Positions 1-9,602 of a stretch of DNA of 64,000 nucleotides are shown in pieces; within the stretch, counting starts at the first letter, position 1, and each line of letters begins with the position of its first letter. The position numbers and the translations under genes were made by a program. Below the pieces are notes generated by a model. The model searched no databases and was not told the DNA's origin. It saw only the letters and a list, made by a program, of their open reading frames with translations. The stretch comes from a virus. The stretch lies in the IMG/VR virus record IMGVR_UViG_3300029928_000198; one strand, 5' to 3'.

Positions 1-529
1 CTTCCCCGCCGTCCGGTATCGTATGTATCACGAACGACCCGTGACGGCTCATCTTCTCTATCTCTGAAAGCGTGAACGAGCTGGCCAGAACCTGTCTTAT
101 GCGGTCGGCCTCCTCCTTGGGGGCAATGACCGCTATGCGCCTCTGGACCATCTGCTGCTCCTTCGGTAGGGACGATACGTCGTAGATCGACGAATCCTCG
201 TCGTCCAGCCCCGCGATGTCGCATACGGACGGATCAATCCACCAGTCCACGATGTCGTCGGGCGTGAAGGGTCCATACCTCACCGGCACGCCTCCATGCC
301 CCACATCCGCGTCGAAGGCCCCCACCTGCTGGAAACGCTGGGCCAATGCCCACATGGGGACGTGTCCTTCCCTGTCGTAGGGTATCGATACCTCTCCGTA
401 GTCGGTATCGTATACCATGTACCTCATGGAATCGTAGTCCGAAAGGGGGTCCTCGGGCTTCTCGTCCCTGCTAGCGATCTTCCTCTTCCCCTTGCGGATG
501 CCCCTCAGTTTCTCCTTCAATCCGAGCAT
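1..529 (-). CDS. Hypothetical protein, runs off the window start (MLGLKEKLRGIRKG...)
   Basis: Not in the ORF track. Manual translation gives an open frame from ATG 529 to the window edge, with a GGAGG RBS upstream and a start that overlaps the ATPase stop. Confidence 0.75.
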   Translation of the reverse strand, partial: MLGLKEKLRGIRKGKRKIASRDEKPEDPLSDYDSMRYMVYDTDYGEVSIPYDREGHVPMWALAQRFQQVGAFDADVGHGGVPVRYGPFTPDDIVDWWIDPSVCDIAGLDDEDSSIYDVSSLPKEQQMVQRRIAVIAPKEEADRIRQVLASSFTLSEIEKMSRHGSFVIHTIPDGGE

Positions 530-1815
530 CGTCTCGCCTCCTCCGTTGAGCATCTAAGGGGGACGGAACGCATCGGAATCCCGACGTCGTCGGAGCCGCA
601 TCCGTCGGTCTCCTCGTTGACGGAAACGGAGCTTCCGCTACCTTCGATTCCCGCCTTCCGCTTAGAAATATATATAGGGGGTTCGAAACGCCCCCTTTTC
701 CGTCCGTCGTCATCGATGCTGGGTGCATCCTCGTTTTGACGGACTCCGTCATCGTCTTCCGACGTGTTTTCGGGGTCGGAAACGGGCGTTTTCGCAGGGT
801 TCCTCCTGCTATCCTTCCCCCATTCGTCGTTCCATCTTCCCGTGGACTTCAAACGGTCCGTCAAAGTGTTCCTCGGCATGCCGACGATGTACGCGATCGT
901 CTTCCACGGAAGCCCCGTCTCGTCCTTCATGCGCGTCGCGATGTCAAGCACGTTCTCGGACGGGTCGTCCGACTCCTCCTCGGATTCCTCCTTGACCTTC
1001 ATCACGCCGTAGTAGCGTTCTATCGCCGGAAGCAGGTCGATCGATGCCGTTCCGCCGATGTATCTGTTGAAGTCCTCCCAGTCGAAGCCGTCTCCGACAT
1101 GGAATGTGGCGGAAGCCTCGTGGTCGTAGCAGTACTCCCCGGGCCTGATGGCCTCCTTCGTCTTCGTCCACTCGGTTATGGGGACCTTCACCAGTACAGG
1201 CTTGGTCCAGTTGTAGTTCTTCGCGAAAATGAACGCCTTCGGCGAATCCGACAGATTGGCCTTCTTGATGTACTTGGCATTCCAGCCGAGGTCCTTCTTC
1301 CACTCGGCGGTAAGGTTCCCGGGGTACTTCGGGTCGTTTATCCAGTTGCGGAATGCAGGTCCGATGGACTGCTTGCTGGGGCATAGGAACCATACCGCCA
1401 GACGGAACTTGCGTATCGTACCTAGGAACTCCTTCATCATCGCGGACGAGTTGCTGGAGTTGCCGTCTCCGGCTATGAAGTTCTGAGCCTCGTCCAGAAT
1501 CAGCAGGATCGTCACGTCCTTGCCGTTGTCCCGCAGTATCTCGTAGATCTTCCAGAAGGTGTCCCTCATGGTCTCCACGTGGTAGACGCCGTTGGGGCAT
1601 TCCACGACGAGCTTCCCGTTGCCCAGCTTGTGGAAGAAGATGATGTTCGTGAGGACGAACACCTTCCCCACGGCGGGATACATGCCCTTGACCAGCTGCT
1701 CGGAAACGGCGATGGCCGTATGGGTCTTACCTCCGCCGCGGAATCCGGATGTCAGCCATACGGCTCCGGGGAAGAGCATGTCGCCGTAGATCCCCTCGGC
1801 CTGCGACCTGCCCAT
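517..1815 (-). CDS. P-loop ATPase (Zot/FtsK/packaging-like) with C-terminal HTH and low-complexity tail
   Basis: Walker A GFRGGGKT, Walker B ILLILDEAQ, RK motif after Walker B, HTH-like segment LPWKTIAYIVGMPRNTLTDRL. Confidence 0.8.
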   Translation of the reverse strand: MGRSQAEGIYGDMLFPGAVWLTSGFRGGGKTHTAIAVSEQLVKGMYPAVGKVFVLTNIIFFHKLGNGKLVVECPNGVYHVETMRDTFWKIYEILRDNGKDVTILLILDEAQNFIAGDGNSSNSSAMMKEFLGTIRKFRLAVWFLCPSKQSIGPAFRNWINDPKYPGNLTAEWKKDLGWNAKYIKKANLSDSPKAFIFAKNYNWTKPVLVKVPITEWTKTKEAIRPGEYCYDHEASATFHVGDGFDWEDFNRYIGGTASIDLLPAIERYYGVMKVKEESEEESDDPSENVLDIATRMKDETGLPWKTIAYIVGMPRNTLTDRLKSTGRWNDEWGKDSRRNPAKTPVSDPENTSEDDDGVRQNEDAPSIDDDGRKRGRFEPPIYISKRKAGIEGSGSSVSVNEETDGCGSDDVGIPMRSVPLRCSTEEARRCSD

Positions 1816-2177
1816 CGGAATCCCCCCAGATCGACGAGCTGGATGTCATCGTCCTCTTTCGCCAGCTCCAGCGGGGCCTTGTCTATCAGGCCCACGGTGC
1901 GCATTATCTGCTCGTAGACCATGATGTAGTGGCGGTAGACCCTTCCGGAAACCCTCAGGTTGTCATCGTCGTCGGGTAGAGGCTCCATCCGCTGCAGCGC
2001 CTCGTACTCCTCGAACTTCCATAGCATCTGATCGGGACAGCATGGAGAAAGGCATAGCTCGAACGTGCGGAGGTAGGATACGCAGTAGTCGCCCAGCGAA
2101 TATCTCTGGACCATCGTGCGCCATGCGGAGTTCAGGTCCGTGGTCAGGTCCTTGTAGAGCGACGTCTGGGTGGTCAT
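1752..2177 (-). CDS. Hypothetical protein
   Basis: ORF whose start forms an ATGA overlap with the upstream stop (2174-2177). Confidence 0.65.
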   Translation of the reverse strand: MTTQTSLYKDLTTDLNSAWRTMVQRYSLGDYCVSYLRTFELCLSPCCPDQMLWKFEEYEALQRMEPLPDDDDNLRVSGRVYRHYIMVYEQIMRTVGLIDKAPLELAKEDDDIQLVDLGGFRWAGRRPRGSTATCSSPEPYG

Positions 2178-3115
2178 GCGCAAGCCTCCATCAGGAACCA
2201 GTCCATGTCGTCCAGATAGAATCCGTCCAGATCGCGGCGGACGCGGTCGTGGACGGGTCCGGTGACCCAGTCCCTCATCCTTTCAGGCTCATGGTCCTCG
2301 GATTCTCCGGGGGCCTCGGACTTCCAGTACTCCTCGGATGTCGGGTCCTCGGAATCGCTCTCCTCCTTGGCCTCCTCCTTGGCTTCGGCCTCCATCTTCC
2401 CGAAGGCTTCCTCGGCCTCCTTGTAGATCGGTAGCTTCGTTATGTCGAACGGCTCATCCTCGTGCTCGGCCTCGTCCTGACGCTCCATCGCCCTGTTGGG
2501 GTCCATCTCGTCGTCCTTGGCCTTCTTCCAAGCCTCGTACTCCTTGGCGAACTTCTCCTTGGCCTCGTTGTACTCCTTGATGGACATCTCCATCTGCTCG
2601 GCGTCCTGCTCGGCCTTGAGCTTGTCATCGTCCAGAAGCTCCCTCAGCATCTCGTAGTCGATGCGCTCGTTCTTCCCGGAGGTGGCCGCCATCCACATGG
2701 TCTCGGAGATCGTGCTCTTCTCGCGGACCTCCTTCACGTGCTTGTCCACGCCCTTCAGGCGTGCGTACATCTCGTTCTTGGCCCTGCGGACGCTCAGGTC
2801 CCTAAGCGCGGTTCCGCGCTTGATGACCTCTCTGAGCTGGAGCAGGTCCTTCTGCTTTTCAGGCTCGTTGACCAGCGGTCTTCTCGACCATATCATGCTG
2901 GGGCGGTGGTTCACCACGTAGCTGCAGAACTCGACGTCGCGTATCTTGGACATCTCCTCCTTGAGCTGACGGTTGAGTTCGTCCTCCAGCGCATCCCACC
3001 ACCACGTGGCGGATTTTATGAAGGTGTACTCGTCGCCGTAGGTGATGGCCTCGGCGGTGTTGGAATCGGGACGGGTTATCATCACCGACTGCTCGAACGG
3101 CTGGTTCTCAAACAT
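2174..3115 (-). CDS. Acidic coiled-coil protein
   Basis: 313-aa ORF, E/K/D-rich helical composition, overlapped with both neighbours. Confidence 0.8.
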   Translation of the reverse strand: MFENQPFEQSVMITRPDSNTAEAITYGDEYTFIKSATWWWDALEDELNRQLKEEMSKIRDVEFCSYVVNHRPSMIWSRRPLVNEPEKQKDLLQLREVIKRGTALRDLSVRRAKNEMYARLKGVDKHVKEVREKSTISETMWMAATSGKNERIDYEMLRELLDDDKLKAEQDAEQMEMSIKEYNEAKEKFAKEYEAWKKAKDDEMDPNRAMERQDEAEHEDEPFDITKLPIYKEAEEAFGKMEAEAKEEAKEESDSEDPTSEEYWKSEAPGESEDHEPERMRDWVTGPVHDRVRRDLDGFYLDDMDWFLMEACA

Positions 3116-4001
3116 TCTGAGCAGCCTCCGATTCCTGGGCCTCCTTCGTGGCCCTCTTCATCTCCTTGGACTTCTTCTTGCGGTCCACCAGCTCCTCCAT
3201 CTGGACGCCCAGCTCGTCCATGAAGATGGAGCTGGGGTCCTTCGACGCAAGGGCGTTGAGGACCATCGCACCGCCCTTGACCTGAGCGGTCTGGAGGGCG
3301 GTGTGAAGCTCGGCGTTGGCCACCTGAAGCTCCGCGTACTGGGTGAACATCGACTCGTACTCGTTGGAGCGAACGAGGAAATCGTACGGGGAATCGGTGC
3401 AGTTGGGGGACGGGATGTACTTCCTTCCCTGAACATGGAACTTGAACTTCCACTTCTGCACCTCGAAGTCGTTGATCTCCATCCCCGCAAGGTCTATCGT
3501 ATCCGCCTCAAGCTTGAGGAAGACGGACTTCAGGACCACGTGGCGGGTCCTCGATACGGCTGAAAGCTGGAGGGGGTTGTCGATGCCGAAGAAGACTGTC
3601 TTGCAGATCTCCTTGAAGCCCTGAGGCTGCCAGCAGAGCCTCCCCTCCTTGTTGTAATAGCGGACGATCGGCTCGATGTCCTGCCTCATCTCAACGATCT
3701 GGTGGACGCCCACGTAGATGACGTCCTGAGGGTTCATGATGTAGCCCACGAGGTATCCGGACCAGAAGGCCAGCAGCATGAGGATCATCCAGAGCTGGTA
3801 GAACACGTCGGGCGTCGTTCCGGGCCATATCATGTCCCCGATGTACGGACCGAGGGTCAGCAGGAGGACGATGTAGGACAGAGGCTCGTTGAAGGCCACC
3901 ATGGCATGCGTCCTGTTGCGGAACGAGGCTCCGACGATGTGGCCCACGAAGACCAGCAGAACGGCCGGGAAACCCATCACGACCGAGTCAAGAACGCTCA
4001 T
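3108..4001 (-). CDS. Membrane protein (N-terminal TM helices, soluble C-terminal domain)
   Basis: 297-aa ORF with about 3 hydrophobic stretches in the first 90 aa; ATGA-coupled. Confidence 0.8.
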   Translation of the reverse strand: MSVLDSVVMGFPAVLLVFVGHIVGASFRNRTHAMVAFNEPLSYIVLLLTLGPYIGDMIWPGTTPDVFYQLWMILMLLAFWSGYLVGYIMNPQDVIYVGVHQIVEMRQDIEPIVRYYNKEGRLCWQPQGFKEICKTVFFGIDNPLQLSAVSRTRHVVLKSVFLKLEADTIDLAGMEINDFEVQKWKFKFHVQGRKYIPSPNCTDSPYDFLVRSNEYESMFTQYAELQVANAELHTALQTAQVKGGAMVLNALASKDPSSIFMDELGVQMEELVDRKKKSKEMKRATKEAQESEAAQNV

Positions 4002-4237
4002 ACCAGCACCCCCATGACGGTAAGGACCGTCGTGAACAGGAGGATGCCGCTGGCGATGTAGCGTCTGAGTACGGCCGTGACGAACAGGGCGATTATCTGG
4101 CCTGCAAGGAGGACGGTCTCCCAGTTCTCGGTCACGTATTCGAATGCGGCGTCCACGGACTGGCCCTTGGCTATCCAGATCATCAGAAGAAGCCCTCCCA
4201 CCGCCGCACCCACGTAAAGGCCGGTCAGCTTGGACAT
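3998..4237 (-). CDS. Small two-TM membrane protein
   Basis: MSKLTGLYVGAAVGGLLLMIWIA...; two hydrophobic segments; GGAGG RBS before ATG 4237. Confidence 0.75.
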   Translation of the reverse strand: MSKLTGLYVGAAVGGLLLMIWIAKGQSVDAAFEYVTENWETVLLAGQIIALFVTAVLRRYIASGILLFTTVLTVMGVLV

Positions 4238-4527
4238 TGCGCCGCCTCCATCATTCCGCATCTGGGGAACCCGGGTCCGTCACCGCGTATAGCCGTCATT
4301 CGATTCTTCCTCCCGGCCATCGAGCGGTCGGGCGATGGTGAGTGATTCGCGAAATAGCATTTAACCGAGCGATTTTCGATGGGATGCGGTCAGAAGGAAC
4401 GGAGGTGTCATGCGCTGCACGAGTGCAAGGGAACCAAGAAAACGCAACCCCTTAAATACGGAGTCCAGAAGGCCGCATTCCGAGGCTGGAAGGAATCGGG
4501 AATCGGTGCGGTCCAGCATCAACTTTG

Positions 4528-4551
4528 AACTTTGCATCCGAATGCAAAGTT
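4528..4551. repeat. 10-bp inverted repeat (operator or terminator candidate)
   Basis: AACTTTGCAT-ccga-ATGCAAAGTT in an intergenic gap. Confidence 0.5.
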
Positions 4552-4770
4552 GTGCAAAGCTGCACATCCCGAGGTCACGAGAAGACGAGGCGGACTGCGA
4601 TTCCCGATCAGAGGGCATCGGAGGTCAAGGAGAATCGCGCTCCGCTTGATTTGCAGGCATACGTCGAATAACGAATTCGTCAATCGACGTCAGAAATCGA
4701 TGCCGGAAGGCCATGCAGAAACGGAAGCGGAGAAGTAAGGGGTTTCCCGGCTTGCGCCGGTAAGAGGCGA

Positions 4771-7497
4771 TCAGCCGATTACAGCCCTGAACACGAATAC
4801 GATGACGATCAGGGCGACGATGATGATCATCAGGACCTTGAGGATGTCCTTCATATCGAGTTCCTTGTCCTCGGATTCCTTGTCGGGGTCGGCATGGGTG
4901 GCGATCACGTTGATGATGAAGCTCTCCTCCACCGGCTCCCTGTCGCCGTCGGTGACGATCAGGGTCACGTTGAAGCAGCCGTTTACGGCCGCCGTTCCGA
5001 CGATGTGTCCGTCATCGGAGATGGAAAGCCACGAGGGGGATTTGCCGTAGTCGATAGCGACCTTCGCGCCTGCGGGGTCCACCGTCACGGGGATGTCCAG
5101 CTTGTCTCCGACCCTGACGTACTGCGTCTGGATGCTCTTGACGATGATCGAGTCGTACTTGACCTCGCCGTCTCCGGTGACCTTGGTTCCGTCGATGGTT
5201 CCAGTGCGTCCGACCTGAACCTTGGAGCCTGCATCGTTGGCCATTGCGGTCTCGATGACTCCCTGAACCTTCACGGTCCCTGCGTTCCTGATGGTTCCCT
5301 CTCCGAGGATCTTGCCCTCCGCCTCGACCGTGAGGATGGAGGAGGCGGGAACCACGAGGGATGCGCCGTTCAGATTCAGTTCGCCATCGACTTTCGCGAT
5401 TCCGGTGACGGTGATGGTTCCGTCGGAGGATTCCTCGAAGTCTCCGCTGATGACGACGGAGCCTCTTGCGAAGGCAAGGCCCTTCTCTCCTGCGGTCACA
5501 TCGACGAACTCGACGCCGTTGGCCATGTTGGTGTCGAACCAGACCTTCCCATCGACGGAGCCTCCGGCGGGGACCTTCATGAGCCTGTTGACTGCGACGG
5601 TCTTTCCGGCATCCACGGTTCCGGTGATCTCGGCCTCCTCGACCTTGATGACGATGATCCCGACGGTCTTCTCGCCGGTTGCATCGATGGCCGTGTTGGT
5701 GATCAGATCGAATCCGTTGGCAAGCCTGATGCCGAGCATCTTCTCGGTCCCGTCCACGGCCGCACCGTGGAAGCGGACCTCGGTTTCTCCGGAGGAGATG
5801 ATCTCGGCGTCGAAGGACTGAGCGTAGGTCCTGATGGTTCCGTCGGCGTTGGGTGCGCATCCGAAGACGACTGCGGCATCGGTGAACCTGTTGCCGCTCA
5901 TCGTGAGCTTCTTGATGGACCCGGATGCCTCGGACTCGATGTCGTCGGCAACATCATCGGTAAGGCCTGCACCGCCGCGCTGGGCGATGGCGATGTCGGC
6001 GGAGAACTCGGAATCCACGATCTCGATCTTCGCGTTGTCCACTCCGATGATGTTGATGTCCAATGCGGAGCCGAAAACGGACTTCTCGACGAGAAGCGAC
6101 TTGACGTTGGTAAGGCTGAGTCCGAAGGAGCCGTAGCCCTTGATGTCGCAGGATTTGACGATGAGTTCGACGGGGCGAACGTCGCTGGCCAGATTCTTTC
6201 CGGAGATCGCGGATACGACGGTTCCGTCGCCTTCCATCACGAGGTTCCTCAGGACCACCTTGTAGCGTCCCTCCTCGGAACCGCTAGCATCCAGCTCAAA
6301 GGAGCCGGCGAACCTGTGGCCGTTTCCGTCGATGATGATGTCCTTGTCGATGAGGACGGCATCGGTTCCCTTGACATCGTTCAGGATGCCTACGGTGGAC
6401 TCCTTCTTCGCATCGGCGACTGCCGCTGCAAGGGTAGCGTAGTAGGTGCTGTCGATGACTGCCTCGGCGGAGTTCCTGACGATCTCGGGTGCGTCGCCGA
6501 CGAAGGTTGCCTTGTTGAAAACAAGAGTCTTGTCAACATCGATTATATTGCCGTCGAAGGTCCCCCCGTTGATGGTCAGCTTCGATACGATTGTTTTTGT
6601 GAATTCGTTGTAGTTGTAGACATCCCCGGTGAATGTTCCTCCGTTGATGGTGAGGGTTCCGAGGTCGTGGGATGCACCGCATCCGCAGTTGATGACGGAG
6701 TACTTGCTTTCGGCATCGAAGTTTCCGCCTTCGATGGTGCAGACATTATGGTTCTGGACAGCGGCCTGAGTATAGTTGGTGAATGTTCCGTCCTTGATGA
6801 GGATCTTCGCCCCATCGTCGTTCTTTATGGTGTTGATTCCTCCAGTGAATGTTCCTCCGTTGATGGTGAGGGTAGGCTCGGCATGGTTGACCCCCTCGAC
6901 ATACCCCTTCCTCTGGTTGGATTTCTCTCCGTAGCTGTAGTATCCGTTGTCCAGCAGGCTGGAGAAGTGGCCGTTCTGAGTGAACGTTCCGCCGTCGATG
7001 ATCATGATTCCGTGGTTCAGCACCGCATAGTAGGAATTGCCACCGGAATCGGTGTCGCTCTTGCCGTTCTCCTTGGAGCGGTCGAAGGTTCCGCTCATGA
7101 TATTGACAGTTCCGTTGTTGAACAGAGCAGCCTTCCCATGGGTTATGTTATCGACGGTTCCGTTCTCGCCGGAGTCCTTAACCGTAAGCTCGGCTCCGAA
7201 AAGGACCGTAATCGTATCGGATGATACGTTGGTCAGCTTGTGGCCGTTGAGGTCGATGGTTATCTTCTTGTCCGCAGGGATGGTGACATCCTCGGTCACA
7301 TCGCCTGCCAGCTTGAGCACGGCTCCCTCTCCGGCCGCGCTGATCGCGTCCTTCAGGGTGGGGTACCCTTTCTCATCCACGAAGACCACGTTCTCGGCGA
7401 CGCCTTCCTCCGCATCGGTACTGGGCATGCAGACCAGTACCGCAGAGCAGACCAGCATCGCGATTGCGATTATCGCGAAATTGTTCTTCAGTTCCAT
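4771..7497 (-). CDS. Adhesin-like surface protein (beta-helix/GGTF repeats, Ig-like domain, C-terminal TM anchor)
   Basis: Signal peptide; repeated LTINGGTF motifs; two YxTLxxAxxxA units; SWLSI...GT..NG.FNVTL Ig-like domain; hydrophobic C-terminus; start re-called to MELKNN. Confidence 0.85.
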   Translation of the reverse strand: MELKNNFAIIAIAMLVCSAVLVCMPSTDAEEGVAENVVFVDEKGYPTLKDAISAAGEGAVLKLAGDVTEDVTIPADKKITIDLNGHKLTNVSSDTITVLFGAELTVKDSGENGTVDNITHGKAALFNNGTVNIMSGTFDRSKENGKSDTDSGGNSYYAVLNHGIMIIDGGTFTQNGHFSSLLDNGYYSYGEKSNQRKGYVEGVNHAEPTLTINGGTFTGGINTIKNDDGAKILIKDGTFTNYTQAAVQNHNVCTIEGGNFDAESKYSVINCGCGASHDLGTLTINGGTFTGDVYNYNEFTKTIVSKLTINGGTFDGNIIDVDKTLVFNKATFVGDAPEIVRNSAEAVIDSTYYATLAAAVADAKKESTVGILNDVKGTDAVLIDKDIIIDGNGHRFAGSFELDASGSEEGRYKVVLRNLVMEGDGTVVSAISGKNLASDVRPVELIVKSCDIKGYGSFGLSLTNVKSLLVEKSVFGSALDINIIGVDNAKIEIVDSEFSADIAIAQRGGAGLTDDVADDIESEASGSIKKLTMSGNRFTDAAVVFGCAPNADGTIRTYAQSFDAEIISSGETEVRFHGAAVDGTEKMLGIRLANGFDLITNTAIDATGEKTVGIIVIKVEEAEITGTVDAGKTVAVNRLMKVPAGGSVDGKVWFDTNMANGVEFVDVTAGEKGLAFARGSVVISGDFEESSDGTITVTGIAKVDGELNLNGASLVVPASSILTVEAEGKILGEGTIRNAGTVKVQGVIETAMANDAGSKVQVGRTGTIDGTKVTGDGEVKYDSIIVKSIQTQYVRVGDKLDIPVTVDPAGAKVAIDYGKSPSWLSISDDGHIVGTAAVNGCFNVTLIVTDGDREPVEESFIINVIATHADPDKESEDKELDMKDILKVLMIIIVALIVIVFVFRAVIG

Positions 7498-7620
7498 TCT
7501 ACCACCTAGGTTGGTGCGCCATACCATCGGCATGGCATGGGGTAGAGTGCGCCGAGCCTTGTTAAATCGGGGATAAACCGATTTTCAGTGCAATCCATCA
7601 AACCATGATTCCCTGCAAAC

Positions 7621-7645
7621 ACAAGGAACCGAAAACTCTTATAAA
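7621..7645. promoter_or_regulatory. Conserved 25-bp box, copy 1 (ACAAGGAACCGAAAACTCTTATAAA)
   Basis: Related copies at 20052, 32881 and 63007. Confidence 0.65.
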
Positions 7646-7723
7646 GGAAACATAGTCGGAAAACCATCTGGCCATCGCACAACCATTAAATAGCGTCCGG
7701 GTGAGAATCTACCGTCGATAACC

Positions 7724-7939
7724 ATGATGGAGAAGATCGACATCAAGAAGGCCCAGACGATAGCGAAGAAGAAGGGACTCGTCCCCGGAAAGGTCAAGGG
7801 AACGAAGGCCATCCAGTTCACCAAGGGCGGCAACGCCAAGCTGGAAAGCATCACATGGGAAGAGTTCGAGCAGATCCTCAACGAGAAGGGGCTGGCGGTC
7901 TACGAGTCCGCCGGCTTCATGAGGCTCATGAAGGCTTGA
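7724..7939 (+). CDS. Small basic conserved hypothetical protein
   Basis: 71 aa, K-rich, strongly GC3-biased codons, BRE/TATA-like box upstream. Confidence 0.8.
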   Translation: MMEKIDIKKAQTIAKKKGLVPGKVKGTKAIQFTKGGNAKLESITWEEFEQILNEKGLAVYESAGFMRLMKA

Positions 7940-8447
7940 ACACGGCAACGCCGTCGCTGCTCGTCTTGGCATCCATCCCGCAAGAGATGGATTCCATCCG
8001 AGTCGGCGACGGCCCCTTTAACCGCGCGTATTATTACACGCGCGTGCATATACCTACGTGGTCGCGGCCGGAGCACCGCTGCATCTCATTCCTCAATTCC
8101 GGCCCCGAACCTCTACTGTTTTTCGGGACCTCGGACGCGACCTAGAATCCCCGCTAGCGTGGTTTCCTTTGGATTTGACGAACGAACGGGCATATTCCCG
8201 ATACGGAGTTCATACCTGCATTCTGTCGGGGTTTTAGCGATACATTCCGCCGATTCATCAACAAGGAATCGTGTATAATTCATGCTAAAGCATGAATTAA
8301 AACGAGATTTAGGATTGCACAACATGCGATGATGATCATCGAATCAACAATATGTGCGGAAATGAAGAGAAATGGTCCAAAAACCACCGTTTAACCATCA
8401 TGCGGTGGAATCAGAATGATGCATTCCCACCACATCGGGAAAGTTCC

Positions 8448-8484
8448 AAAAAAAAGCGTCGTGCCGATGGTTGCTCCCCATCGG
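8448..8484 (-). terminator. Terminator-like hairpin plus T-tract after the DUF3990/DUF3791 pair
   Basis: CCGATGG-N7-CCATCGG stem followed on the minus strand by a T run. Confidence 0.55.
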
Positions 8485-8508
8485 ACACTACTGTGTTTTC
8501 CAACTGGT

Positions 8509-8748
8509 TCAGCAATATGCGAACGAACCGGTTCTATAAATCCAATCGTGAATGAAATCCACCATGTACGGATACATCCGCGTCATGTACAGGTCCCGTT
8601 CCTCGTCCAATAGATTGTAGACGCCTTTGTCAACGAACAGATCTATAGCATCGTTCAACGAGATTCCATACGTGTTGGCATACTCCATGGTAATGTTCGC
8701 TTTCATGATTTGATATTCCCGTTCTGGGAACTTGACGAATTCAACCAC
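8509..8748 (-). CDS. DUF3791-like small protein
   Basis: EYANTYGISLNDAIDLFVDKGVYNLL pattern; overlaps upstream gene. Confidence 0.6.
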   Translation of the reverse strand: MVEFVKFPEREYQIMKANITMEYANTYGISLNDAIDLFVDKGVYNLLDEERDLYMTRMYPYMVDFIHDWIYRTGSFAYC

Positions 8749-9514
8749 GGAAGTTCATCTCCTGAAGGTACATTTCCATGATGGCATCAGGACCCAATCT
8801 GCACAAAGACTCATCTAGCCTTATTCTCCGGAATGTATCGGAGCGCATGAATTGAGTCAAAGCGTCGTTCTGTGAGATTCCGAATCTTTCGACCAACATC
8901 AATGATATATCTGCTGCAATGTCACCGGGGTCTGGTTCGAATACTACCATGTGATCGCTTGCCTCCACGCTATCGATGAATTCAACGAATCTTAAACTTT
9001 CGCTATTCCCAAACGCAATCTGCAAGCCAATCTTCTTCGGATTTAATTTGTAAATCATTTCCATTTTGATGTCGTCTGGAAGTTCCGACATGGGAATGCC
9101 CATATTTTCGGCCAACTTCTGGTAATCACTAATGATTTTTCCAGTATTGCCATCCATTATATCGCCGATGATCATGTCGTACGGGTTGACCCCGCCGTTC
9201 TCATAAATCTGCAAAATCATGTTCAACCATTCAAGGGGGCTGTCCAATTCTATCATTTGAATATCTGGATCACGTCTGGCGTCACCTGCATGAAAGATGT
9301 ATGAATTGACATATCCTCCACGCTTATGGGACCAAACATCAGATAAACCGTGGCTGAAACTGAAATAAGCCGATTTACCGAAATCTGATTCTCTACGTGC
9401 TAATGAAAATTTGAACTTTTTCGGCCTGACATTCTTCGGTCCACCATGGAATATCGGAATATCATCCAGTTCATGCCTGAATCTACCACGATAATTCCTT
9501 GATAGCCATTTCAT
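8741..9514 (-). CDS. DUF3990 (ADP-ribosyltransferase-like fold) domain with C-terminal DUF3791-like domain
   Basis: FHGG...SDFGKSAYFS...W pattern; PYDMIIGDIMD; Q-I-A-F; tail FGISQNDALTQFMRSDTF; low-GC island. Confidence 0.65.
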   Translation of the reverse strand: MKWLSRNYRGRFRHELDDIPIFHGGPKNVRPKKFKFSLARRESDFGKSAYFSFSHGLSDVWSHKRGGYVNSYIFHAGDARRDPDIQMIELDSPLEWLNMILQIYENGGVNPYDMIIGDIMDGNTGKIISDYQKLAENMGIPMSELPDDIKMEMIYKLNPKKIGLQIAFGNSESLRFVEFIDSVEASDHMVVFEPDPGDIAADISLMLVERFGISQNDALTQFMRSDTFRRIRLDESLCRLGPDAIMEMYLQEMNFRG

Positions 9515-9602
9515 TTAAATCGGATTACTTATCGTCATTCGGCTATTTCTATCCGGTTATAGCAAAAATGAAGGAAAAAGGGGCTATCGACCCCATTTGG
9601 TT

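Noticed and set aside
660-705. ATATATAGGGGG island with GGGGG/CCCCC stem in the ATPase tail as an origin or tRNA fragment
   Set aside because: Single occurrence with no cloverleaf; most simply an internal TATA box for the downstream gene starting at 529
4894-7224. 776-aa plus-strand ORF and many other long overlapping or antisense ORFs in the track (e.g. 5012-5860, 59559-61196, 61180-62487)
   Set aside because: They are antisense or alternative-frame shadows of GC3-rich genes, with no motifs, RBS or operon fit
7940-8440. Short ORFs (8113-8325, 8352-8555) in the low-GC gap
   Set aside because: No RBS, motifs or coupling; could be decayed remnants but not supportable
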